Of a stretch of 64,000 bases of DNA, positions 13,981-24,700 are shown piece by piece (position 1 is the stretch's first letter; every line of letters starts with the position of its first letter). Location: NCBI RefSeq assembly GCF_009834535.1, contig NC_045707.1:55678001-55742000 (forward strand), given 5' to 3'. This stretch comes from Camelus ferus (taxonomy: Eukaryota). Position numbers and translations under genes: made by a program. A model generated the notes under the pieces. The model was not told where the DNA came from. It made no database searches and saw nothing but the letters and a program-made list of their open reading frames with translations.

Positions 13981-14475
13981 TGAGACAGGCTGGGACCTGG
14001 GATCTGGGACCCTGGGCTGCAATGCCTGCACTGGGACAGAACAACAGAATACAATGAAAAATATAAGGAACTAAAAATAACTATGTGCATGCCAAGTTGG
14101 GGCAAGTTATGAACAATAAGATACAAAAAGACCAAACACCCAACTGTCACTTCTGAGGTGTCGGGAGCAAAAGCAGAATACTGGGAGCAGAAGCAGGAGA
14201 CTGTTGTGCATGATCCCTGCACAGAGCAACACCAAGGGAGTGGGCAGGCCACCTAAGCCACCCCTCCGGCCCAGGCCCTGGACCCACCTTTACCCTCACC
14301 CCACGTAAGGGACCGGCTTGCCCTGCCTCAGCGAGAGAGCAAGGGCAAGTGTTACTGGATTTCACTCCCTCTTGCTACAGCATGAGTCTCAGTAAAGTCA
14401 TGCCTGAGTTTCTCATCTGGCCTCTTATCAACTTCTATTGATTAAGGAGGCCAAGAACCCGGTCGGTCGGTAACA
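13981..14475 (+). mobile_element. ERV1-type solo LTR, family B, perfect 4-bp TSD
   Basis: TG...GGTAACA termini flanked by GGCA on both sides (13977-13980, 14476-14479); GC-rich U3/R, AGTAAA poly(A)-signal variant. Confidence 0.9.
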
Positions 14476-14695
14476 GGCAGACATTTGGAATTGGGAATAA
14501 CTTGCAATCAAAGTCTTTTTTAAATGGGGAACTCTTGGTACCTGCTTAAAAGTTAATAGCAATAGAATTCTCTACACTCAGTTTATGATTCCCCTAAACA
14601 ATGAGGAGACAGCTGGTGATCAAAATATTTATTAATTGTCCAGAGATGATATAAAGTTCACGTCTAAACACACGGGCTCTAGTTTATTCACTCAC

Positions 14696-14710
14696 CAAAG
14701 AATTTTGCTT
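14696..14710 (-). other. Candidate 15-nt microexon (unverified)
   Basis: Minus strand: tctcactttattcccAG|AAGCAAAATTCTTTG|GTGAGT; frame-preserving, no stop in any frame, in apparently unique DNA. Confidence 0.25.
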
Positions 14711-15099
14711 CTGGGAATAAAGTGAGACAAATTATGTTACAGAGTAAAATAAGATGCATGAATGCACTTATATTTTTATACAAAACTTTATCAGCTATGA
14801 ATTTTATATCATACCAGAAACAAATGTGGAAATGAAGCAGATCAATCTGAAGACTTTTTGGTAAAGTAAGAGTATAAGGCACTAGGAATGCAAAACAATA
14901 TAAACATGTCCCCTCAGGATATTTCATCATCTTGACAATATTGGTTGTGGGTTTAAAACCTGTTTAATCATCCGAACAAAATCTGAACTACACTCAGAAA
15001 TTGGGTCACCTAAGTCAAAGTCATTTCCGAAATATTCTCAGTAACGACATAAAAACTAACGTTAATGCAAAACAATTACATCAAAAATTACAACTCTTT

Positions 15100-15440
15100 A
15101 TTAGTCAGAATCAGCAAGAATAAATCAGATAAGCAGTGACCCAAAATCCCAGTGAGTTACAACAAAGGTCAGTTTTCACCCAAGCTATGTATTTGTCAAG
15201 GACTTTCGGCTCAGCTGCATGTTGTCTCTCTCCATGACTCAGGTCTCTATCTGGAATAGTGACGATCTTTGGCAGAGAGAAACAAAACATGGAACACAAT
15301 GCGCAGGCCCTCAAAGTTTCTGCCTAGAATTTACACAGGTCATTTTCACCCGTATCTGGTTGGCTGGAGAAAGTTGCATGACCACTCCTGTATTCAGAAG
15401 GGCTGGAACAGAAAATTCTCCCACAGGAAGTGGACACCAC
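15100..15440 (-). mobile_element. MaLR LTR (MLT1K/L-like), degenerate
   Basis: GCAGTGACCCAAAATCCCAGTGAGTTACAACAAAGG, CTCAAAGTTTCTGCC, TTGGCTGGAGAAAGTTGCATGACCAC resemble a reversed old MLT1. Confidence 0.5.
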
Positions 15441-15777
15441 AGAGAGGGAGCTCCACAGGAAGAAAAACTGAAACAGGAACATCCTATTCAATACCAACAC
15501 ATTGTGTTACAATGTTGTGTTGAGTTTTGAATAGGTAAACGTAAGTTTGCTGTTGACCAAAATACACTGTACACTCAATGAAGTTAATCATTCCAAATCA
15601 GAAGACCTCCTACAAGAAAAATATGAACTGGAGAGCAATTCATGCACCGTGCCTGGATTTAGTGAACAATATTCCAATCTAGCCCAAAGTTCTAAACATG
15701 TGTGCTTCATCTTACTTTTTTGTTTTACATTTTAGATTTACATTTTAAATTTTGTTACATTTTAGAAGTTAAAATGA

Positions 15778-15985
15778 GGTAATAATTGTATTGGTTAAAA
15801 GCACATTAGCTGGAACCAGACTTCAGCACTTCAGATACCTGCTCTGCTGCCTACTAGCTATAAAATCTTGGCCACATAACTTTTCTGTATTTCAGTTTTT
15901 CCATCTATCAGACAAGGATAGTAATATTATTTTCCTCATGGTATTGCTATAAAATTTAAATGAGATAGTACACATAAGCGCACTA
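15778..15985 (+). mobile_element. MIR SINE
   Basis: TGGTTAAAAGCAC..CTGCTCTGCTGCCTACTAGCT..TTCAGTTTTTCCATCTAT..TTAAATGAGATAG. Confidence 0.7.
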
Positions 15986-16420
15986 TGCCAGTACCAAACT
16001 GTTTTTATTTCAGTGGCTTTCAAGGACAGTTAAGCTGTAATCTAAAGTAAAGCTACCTACATCCATCCTTCTTTTCTGTTTCCTTCTGAATATTCTAGGC
16101 CATCTTTACTAAAAATCTCCAATGTTAAACTGAATATTTTTCTAGTTTTAAAAATAAACAAGTAAACAAATACACCTTCATTTTTATAACTGATACTGCA
16201 TTAAATTAATATTAATTTGGGAGAGAATTGCTTTTTCTATTACATAACTTCTCATCTAAGAATATGTTATTTCTAATTGTTCAATGGTATGTCTCATCCT
16301 TCAATTAGATTTTATAGATTTTGTTTCACTTTTGCAAATCGAATATCTAGTATTTCCATTTCTAACTGTCTATTGCCATTAGGAATATATTTTGTTAATA
16401 GATATCCATCATCTTTATAA
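15985..16420 (-). mobile_element. Old L1 ORF2 fragment
   Basis: TATGCCAGTACCAAACTGTTTT and GCATTAAATTAATATTAATTTGGGAGAGAATTG are reversed L1 ORF2 signatures. Confidence 0.5.
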
Positions 16421-16878
16421 TCTTATTAAATATAGCAGTTTTGCTAGAGACTCGGGAATATAGAAGAAGGAAGGATTTACTGAGGAAACTAACCTGAGCT
16501 TTGAGAGCATAAATGAAAGAGGATAGGAAGAGAACAAGAGGCAAAAATGAAGCGAGGCCTGCTTCACCTCCCAGGGATACTAATTCTGGTTTATTTTCTC
16601 GAGAGAATTGCGTTTCCTGACATGAGTTTAAACAAAGTTACATTGCTGAGTGATCATGCAGTTTATGGTAAAGAGCTAACCACACTTCCAGTTTGAGTAA
16701 CTAAAGAAAATACTTGCTGGGACCAATTACTATTCTGTTAATGACACTAAGAAAATACAAAACAAAAACCAAAAAACAAAAACCTTCTGTCGTGCACTGC
16801 AGAAAATCACGGAAATGAAAATTTCTCCGGTTGGGTGTCAGAGGCTCACAGAACCAATAAAACTTCAGAAATCCATTT

Positions 16879-17354
16879 TGTATCAGAGCAAGACCCTGTG
16901 GGTCCTTCTTGGCACAGACCCTTCCCCCATATGCTCTGTTGCAGCTCTTCTCTGATGTGCCCGGATAATAGTATCTCATGTCTATTTCCTGAGTTTTTCA
17001 GATGCTAAAAACCACCACCAAAGGAAAGAAATTAACTACTTGATGACGGAAAGCAAGTAGCTCCCAAACCTTCTGGCGCCCAGGGGTTGACTGTGTTAAC
17101 CACCTTGTTCCCTCCATATCCACCAGTCAGAGAATTGTGCACAAGCTGATCAAACACCTGCAACCCCTCCTCCCTTACCTGGCCTTTAAATGTGCTTTGC
17201 TGAAACCCTTTAGAGAGTTCCGGGTTTTCTTGGGCATGAGCCACCCCATCCTCCTTGCTCGGCCCTGCAATAAACCTTTCTCTGTTCCAAACTCCAGTGT
17301 TTCCGTTTGTTTGGCCTCATGGTGCAACAGGCACAAACTTTGCCTTTGGTAACA
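16879..17354 (+). mobile_element. ERV1-type solo LTR, family A copy 2
   Basis: TG...GGTAACA; long near-identical blocks with 10336-10807 (e.g. ATAATAGTATCTCATGTCTATTTCCTGAGTTTTTCAGATGCTAAAAACCAC). Confidence 0.85.
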
Positions 17355-18671
17355 ACCTCTGCTCTGTGATCAATTCATTGTCTATGACTGAGCCCTCGTT
17401 TCTGAGTCTAGACAATCCTGACTACCATAAAGAGAGCTGCTAACAACAGATGAGGCAATTTATGTAAAAAGCCCCGAGCATAATACTTAACAAATACAAA
17501 TTTTCAACATACTGGTTTGCTTTGGGCTTCGTGATAAGTGTTCAAAATAATTTAAATATTCTAAAATTTTATGTTTCCTATAAACCACTTGGGCTATGCT
17601 CTATTCTATTTCCTTAGTAAACCAAATCCCGACTGATATGTCTGAGTTTTCTTTGGCATATAAAGTTCATTAATTTTATAGCAAACAGATTTCAGATGAC
17701 AGTCTTTTAACCTCCAATTTTTTTGGACCAGGAATATATTCTGCTGAGCAAAAATAATAATGCCCCAAACTTGTTTATTCAGCAGTATCACTTCAAGAAA
17801 CATTAATAGCCTTACCGACGAAAGTAAAAACCTGTTAGATTTTGCTTATGGAATCTGCTATCACAGCCTCTAGTTATTACTCTCTCAAGAGTCTGGGGAA
17901 AGGATTGCGCTATGTGATCATGATTTATCTTCCTCAGTGTGAACAGTTAGTGACAAAATAAAAAATACAAGCTTGAAAAAGAAGCTGAATTTTTAGCGGA
18001 AAGCTTAGCCTTGTTAAGCATGCAATTGGCATAATTTCAGATAAAGAACAGAACAATTTGTGTCTTTGCATACATAATTTAAGACTCAGTCACTATGGTT
18101 GCAGCCACAGTGAATGTAAATTGCTCTTTCTGCAGATTTAAAGTTCTCAGGCATCAATAACAGACTCTTCGACCATACAGATCTCACTTCCAGGCAACAG
18201 TTAGGAGATAAAGTTTCCAATTTAAATATCTCTTGTTTATTTCAAAGAATGGTTTTTAAACACTTGCTCTAAATGTTGATACTACAAGATCATTTGTTAC
18301 ATAAAAAGCTAGCATGGCAGCAAATTTACAGGGTCCTAGATGGGTTAATAAAATCAGATTTACATGGCTTCAGTACATCTATTGTCTATGTGGATATTCT
18401 TCCTTGATTTTTTTTTTCTGTTTTTATCTTTTCCCTTGAACAAGGAAGAGTGAAAATTAACTTTCTAGAAACCATAAACTTATGGGATAGACCAAGAAGT
18501 CAAGGTGAACAAATTCAATGTGAAACCAGTCTGTAAAATTTAATAGTACAAATCTTAAGTGTAGAAGGGAGTGTAATAATTTCCTTGACTTTATGGAGTT
18601 TTCCCTTTATCCTTTATATTCCTGTCATTCTGATAGAAAATAAAGTTCTAAGGTTTAAAATCTTTTTGATT

Positions 18672-18728
18672 CACACATGCGTGCATGTGTGCACAAGCAT
18701 GCGTGCATGCACACACAAACACACACAC
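18672..18728. repeat. Alternating purine-pyrimidine (CA/TG/GC) microsatellite
   Basis: CACACATGCGTGCATGTGTGCACAAGCATGCGTGCATGCACACACAAACACACACAC. Confidence 0.8.
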
Positions 18729-19716
18729 CCTCTTGTATCAGATGAAGGATAGTCCTACCATTATCTCCAACCCCACTCCCACCCCCACCAGAGGAGCTCT
18801 TTGGCATCTTGTAAAGAGCTAAACTGTGGTACATAGAGTGGCCCTGGTCCCTACCCACTAACAGTATTGCTCCCTCCTTCAGTATGAGAACCAAACAACA
18901 ATCTGACCAAACCCTCCTCCCCAAGAAGGGAGAGCAGTTATCACACCTGGTAACCAAGTTATTAACTACTGGACCTTGCCTTATGGAACACAGAATGTTA
19001 AAAATCTCCTAAATGGCCTTAGCTGTTATAATTGCCACTTTACTGAGTACTTTAAGGACAAGCAAAAGCAAGCATCTGTGGCTCTCAAATACACAAAGAG
19101 AAACAGATATTTATCCTCTCCCTGAATGCACCTTTTCAACAATCCCCCCGTTTCTTCTGAGTAGACATGCAGGTAGTTAGATAGTTGGGTCATTCCTTTC
19201 TTCTTCTTCCTGTATCTCTTATCCTCCTAATGATTGTCCTGAAGTTAACTCCTTTTGAACTATTTTTAATATTATTCAACAGTTCAGTCACTCAGAAGTG
19301 TAAGGAAAATATAACGAAGTCTCACCTACCCACCATTCAGCTTAGGAAATAAAACATTACAAATAAAATTGAAGTCACTATGTCCTCTGCCTCAACCCAC
19401 TCCTCTGATTTTCCGGGTGGTGCTAACTACTAGCTTACATTTGTTGTCATTCTCATGTATTTTTAAACAGTTCTATTATATCTGTGATCAGTCTGTAAAC
19501 AATAGCTGTTATTTTTGTACCTTTTTAAACCTAACGTAAATTGTATCATAATATATGTATCCTTTATAACTCCTTTTTCCATTCAGTATTGTTTGGAACA
19601 TATACTCATGATTATATTCAGCTCTAGCTAATTTATTTTCAATAAATATATATTCTGTTTTTGAATATGTCAGAATACATTTATTTTCTTGATAATGAAA
19701 CTTAGATGATTTCAAC

Positions 19717-19880
19717 TTAGTCTCTCTATAGAGAGACTAAACTAGTGTCTGTCTGTCTCTCTCTCTCTATATATATTTCTCTCTTTATGCACCAAATTTA
19801 TATACATATTATATACATATACAGCTCTTTATATATATAATATATATATGGATATAGAGAGAGACAGAGTGAGAGACTAT
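19717..19880. repeat. Perfect 24-bp palindrome plus (TC)n-(TA)n-(GA)n inverted microsatellite
   Basis: TTAGTCTCTCTATAGAGAGACTAA (19717-19740) is its own reverse complement; followed by TC-rich and GA-rich arms around TA tracts. Confidence 0.9.
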
Positions 19881-20356
19881 CATAAAAATACAGAAAGACT
19901 AAGTAGAAATAAGTAAAGATAATCTAAAATTCATTATCAGAATTAATTACATACATGTGTATATAAATACATAACATGTATATGTTGCATACTGCAATGG
20001 CATTCTTAAGCATGTTTTCTTGAGCACACACCAGGCCACATTTAGGTAATATATCTAAAAGTAGAAATGCTTGATTGAAGAGTACATGAATCTTGAGGTA
20101 TTGTAAGTATTGCCAAATTGCTTACCAGTTGATTTTGCCAATTTATATACTTTCATAAGTAGCGTAATAAGAATTTATGTCACTTTATATCTACAGAAAC
20201 TCTTCAGACTTTTAAGTTGTTGCCAGTATAATGTGTGTGAAATGAGATGTCTGTTTAGTTTCATTTATAATTCCTAATCTGAAGAGGTCGAGCATCTTTT
20301 CAGATATGTGTTGCTCTTTTATGCTTCCTCTCTGGTGAAGTTCTTGTTCACGTATT

Positions 20357-20830
20357 TGGCAGAGCCTACTAGGTGACACCCAATAGCTGTCTCCTCTAGC
20401 AATAAAACTTGCTATTTGTAGTTAGGCACATGGCTACCCAAATTTGGCGTGGTCAAGGGTCAAGGTTCTGGCCAATGAGATGTTGGCAGGAATATGTTAT
20501 GTAACTTCTAGCAAATGTCCATAAAGAAGGGAGCTTGCTCATCTTTTCTCCTCTTCCTCTTCCTGTGGGTTTAAATGTTGATGTGATTCCTGGCATATGA
20601 ATGCCCGTCTTGGGCACCAGGAAGTCACACGTGGAGGATGGCAGAGCAATCTGTTAAAGGCACCATGAACTCCTAATGATAGTGGAATTACCAACCAGCT
20701 TTTGTATTACTGATAACCTTAACTGGTTACCTTTGCCACAGCTTTATGTAAGAAAAATAAATAAATTTCTGTCTACTATTTCGAGACTGTCTGGCACTTG
20801 TAGCCAAAAGTAATTCTCAACAATATAACT
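20357..20830 (+). mobile_element. MaLR LTR (MLT1J/I-like) nested in L1
   Basis: GTTCTGGCCAATGAGATG, GAGGATGGCAGAGCAA, terminal CACTTGTAGCCAAAAG..CTCAACAATATA. Confidence 0.6.
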
Positions 20831-21084
20831 TCTGCCTATTTTTCAGGTTGTTTTCAGGTTGCTGTCACTTTCTTTTTTGTAACAGTGTTTTATATGTTCT
20901 TCACACAAAACTTTGTTGGCTGTGTATGTGTTCCATGTAACACATACCAGGAGAATAATGGTGGAGGCTGTCTGGCCAAGGCCCATAGAAAGTTGTGGTT
21001 TCATGCAGTTGAGTACGTCATGATTTAAGTTTTATAAGCTTCCAGTCTCATCTTTCTACTCTAGAATTCTACATGATAATAATT

Positions 21085-21290
21085 AAGGATATTTAAAGCA
21101 TTAAAATCTGGCATATCTGGGTTTGAATCCAAACTCTGAAATCAGCTAGTGAATTCATGTTAAGCAGATTACCTAATTCTCTGAGCCTCAGTGTCCTTAT
21201 CCGAAAAGTTGGAGTTACTATAACAATTTTATAGTATTTATAAGGACTGAAACAGCTAATAGATGCAAAACGCCTGCACTTAATAACTGG
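21085..21290 (+). mobile_element. MIR SINE
   Basis: CTGGGTTTGAATCC..TTACCTAATTCTCTGAGCCTCAGTGTCCTTATC core. Confidence 0.75.
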
Positions 21291-21519
21291 GAGCTTCCAT
21301 TCTTTTTGGTGCTACTGCTTTTATCTATCTGAGGAAAAGTAAGCAAAGATCATTCTCTTTCATGTACATGGATTTTGATCCCTGGGATAGACCCCATCCC
21401 CTAGCTTTTCCATTGGCCGTTAAGAGTTCCCTATTCTAGTCCACATTTTAGGTTTTACAAAAAAGACAGAGAGAGGATGAAAAATTATATGAAAAGAGAC
21501 CAAAGAAGGAAAATTCATA

Positions 21520-21735
21520 ATCATCCATAACAATTATCAACAATATTCACAACATGACAGACGCTGTCCTTGGAACTTTATAAATACTGTACCCTTTAAC
21601 CTCTGCAATACTCTGTGAGGTAGTTGCCATTCTACGCAAAGCCAAGACACTTCCTCAGAGTTACAGAGAAAGAAAATAGAAGAGAGAGCACTAAAACTTA
21701 GATTTGTTTGGCACCAAAATCCCTGCTCTTATTCA
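21520..21735 (-). mobile_element. MIR SINE
   Basis: TTTAACCTCTGCAATACTCTGTGAGGTAG..GGCACCAAAATCCCTGCTCTT reversed MIR. Confidence 0.55.
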
Positions 21736-24700
21736 ACGTACAACAGTTTGAGAAGACAGGATGGAAGCTCTGGAGCCATTTTCACTCCTTCAATAATGAA
21801 AGAACTATTAAAGGGAAAGCGGGCTTCAGTCTTTATATTCCCTAATGCCCATTTCGACCACTGGCTTTGATCCAGCCGCACCACCAGTTCAGTTAGAACA
21901 GTAGTCAAATGCAGCGGTAGGCTCCACCAATTACTTTTTATTTACTTTAGCAGATTTGTGGCAGGCAATGTTTGAGCGAAAGTCCTACAAAACATAGCAA
22001 ACATAATTGTGCTTTTGGATTAGGAACCTTTTCACTGCGCTGGAAATGCGCAGCCTTATCTTAGTCACAAACACAGACATATGCAAAATAAAATAAAAAC
22101 AGCTGCATGATAAATAGCCAGTCACTCAGCCTTCCTGAATCGGTTTTCTCGTGAGCAAAATGAGGATTTGGTAGGATGGTCTCAAGAGCTAAGATTCAGG
22201 GATACAAGAGAAGGAGAAAAAGAAAGCAAAAAACATTTTCAAGTTTTCTTGGAGGCAACCCTCCTAGAGAAGGTGGTAAAAAGCTAACATACTAAAATGC
22301 AATATATCTGTCATGTTTTCGGTGAGGCAAAAGGAAACATTTTGGTGAGTAGTGAGTACATATTTCACCTAAAGGACTGGAAATATGGTTTTTTGGGTCT
22401 TGTCTCCTATAAACACTCTCCAGGTAGGGCTTATCATTTGTTCAGCTCCCCTGGAGCCGTGGGTACTGCGTGCAAACTGAGTGGAAAAATAAATATCACA
22501 ATAATAGGAGCTGTCAAACTCCCTTTTTAATTTGTTTCAAGTCAACATCGTTCTCCACTGGTTGACTTTGCCATTTTCAGAATGAAAAACAGAACATCCA
22601 TTTATATACCCATTAAGAAGTTTATTTTTACCTCTATTTATATACCGCAGATTACAACAGTGAGATTTCCCATAGAACAAAAGAAAAAGCTTTCAGAACC
22701 CAGCAGTGACTTCAAAGAATGAACACGTGAGAATACAGCTCTGTACAGAGCCTCCTCCCCCAGGTCTGCATCTTGATCCACGGGTCACTTTCTTCCTTGC
22801 ATTTTAGTGTCCCTAGATGCCACTAAGGAGTTAATAATCCTATAACTGATCTCCCTCAGGCAAGGTTCGGAGGCTAATCAGAAAGGACTATAAATTAGTG
22901 AGTTACTGAAAAGCATGCTTGGGAGATACAGATACTTTTAGAAATAAAGTGCACACAGCCTAGCACACACCCATAGCCCAGCCCGGCACTGTATTAGAGT
23001 GCGTGCCCCCCCAGTGATGCGGTACAGCGTCCCTGTGCACAGTAGTCATCAGCCTCCCACACACAGAAGTCTCTGTACTACCTCCAGCTGAATGAGAGCA
23101 GAAAGAACAGTTTGATCATTTATTTATTCTACTTTTTGTAAAGTTGTAAATTGCTGACCATAAAATCAAACCGCATAGTATGAAAACCAGGCCACCTGGG
23201 CTCATTCTGGCCAGTGGTTTCAACAGAGTTCAATGCAGCTGACATTCCAGCTCCTTGCACGTACACCTACATCCCAAAGGAGACGCACCCTGAACAGGTG
23301 AAGCCCTAGAGGGGAGGGCCGGTGACTGAAGGAACAGAGTTCACTCTGTTATTAAAGCACTGTGGTATACAAATAGAGAAAAAGAATAAGCTTCTTAGTA
23401 AGTATATAAATGAATGGACAGTCAAGGTCATGTTCCACATATTTACCACAGTGCACTACTTCCTGTGAAAATTCTCCTCTGTCTAAATCTCTCAAATGTC
23501 CAAATGATATTGTCCATAACATTTCCTGATCTAAATTTGCTCTTTCATAAATTTAAGGGAAAAATTCATTTAGGCTAAGATTCTTCCCTAAGTTAAAAGT
23601 CCCTGCCTATATGAAAAATTTTAAATCATGCTAATTTATACCCAAAAAGCTGGTGGTGTATTTCAGTGTAACTTTCCTTTGAACTGGATTCCTCTGTCTT
23701 GGGGGCTGGGCCAACTTTCTATCTCTATGTGCTCCAGCAGAGCTGTTCTGGTGCGTCTCCTCATCTTCTTATCCTTTTTACCGAATTTTTATATTCGCTT
23801 GAGATTTCAAGATTTTAAGCCAACAAATTATGACAAAGATTCAGCATGCTTTACTAGAATTCCTTTCAAAATTAGTAAACAAACAAACAAAAAAACTAAT
23901 GTATGCTAAATTTGAGGAAGGTAGTTTCTATATTCAGAGCATTCATTTTGTCTAAAAACAAAGATTCAGATCTCCAGCTTTAGTGCCTCTTAATAGAACA
24001 GATAATAGAAACAAAGTGGGGGAAATGGTATTATCTACTCATGACAGATGTTTTAACATATTTTAACAACCTTGGTTGATACATCCTTTTGTGTTATTTT
24101 AAATAAATGAAAACACGACTGAATTACTATACTAAAATGCCTTATACCAACAGTTTTAAAAGGAAAAAGGTATCCTCTGTGGATGAAAGTAATAATTCCA
24201 TTTAATCCAAAAACAGCTTGAGAGAATGTATCTAACCCTTCAGCACATGACTCCTTGTTTTCTATGTGAATGATGTATGTCTGTATTGCTGTTTTTTCCT
24301 CCCTAAGTAAAGTGTCTGTACTCTACCAGGGAACTCTGCTGGAACTGGTTCATCTCCTTAGCTGAGTGCACTGGGGCAAACCAAAAATTGGTGTTAACAA
24401 CTTCACCATGAAGAAGTTGATGTACCACTGAAATGCCTCCAAGACTGGATATGAGCCTGGTCCCAATCAGAAGTGTTCGCTCTGAACCACCTTCCTTTCC
24501 CCAGTACACCCAATACCCTTCTCTCATCAGACTAAATGAAGTTTTTGCTTAGCTGACAAAATAGTTTGGTATCAAATGTTGTTTTATAAATATTTATTGT
24601 GTTGAATATAAACACAAGAATGCACTTTGGTTCCCAATTAGTCCCTTTATCAAGTCCTCATTAAATTTATGGGGTATCAATCAAATAATGTTAGGAATAT

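Larger units (their letters stand above)
19260..20935 (-). mobile_element. Old L1 (L1ME-like) 3' region, interrupted by a microsatellite and an MLT1
   Basis: Reversed L1 motifs TTGCCAAATTGCTT and GAGGTCGAGCATCTTTTCAGATATG..GTGAAGTTCTTGTTCACGTAT; resumes after 20830 (CTTCTGCCTATTTTTC). Confidence 0.6.

Noticed and set aside
10336..17354. Full-length provirus bounded by the two family-A LTRs
   Set aside because: No PBS or PPT, no retroviral coding relics, interior contains far older MIR/MLT/L1 elements, and outer flanks do not form a TSD.
23001..23020. CTCF motif (GTGCCCCCCCAGTGA)
   Set aside because: The C run is one base too long for the consensus spacing, leaving a poor match.
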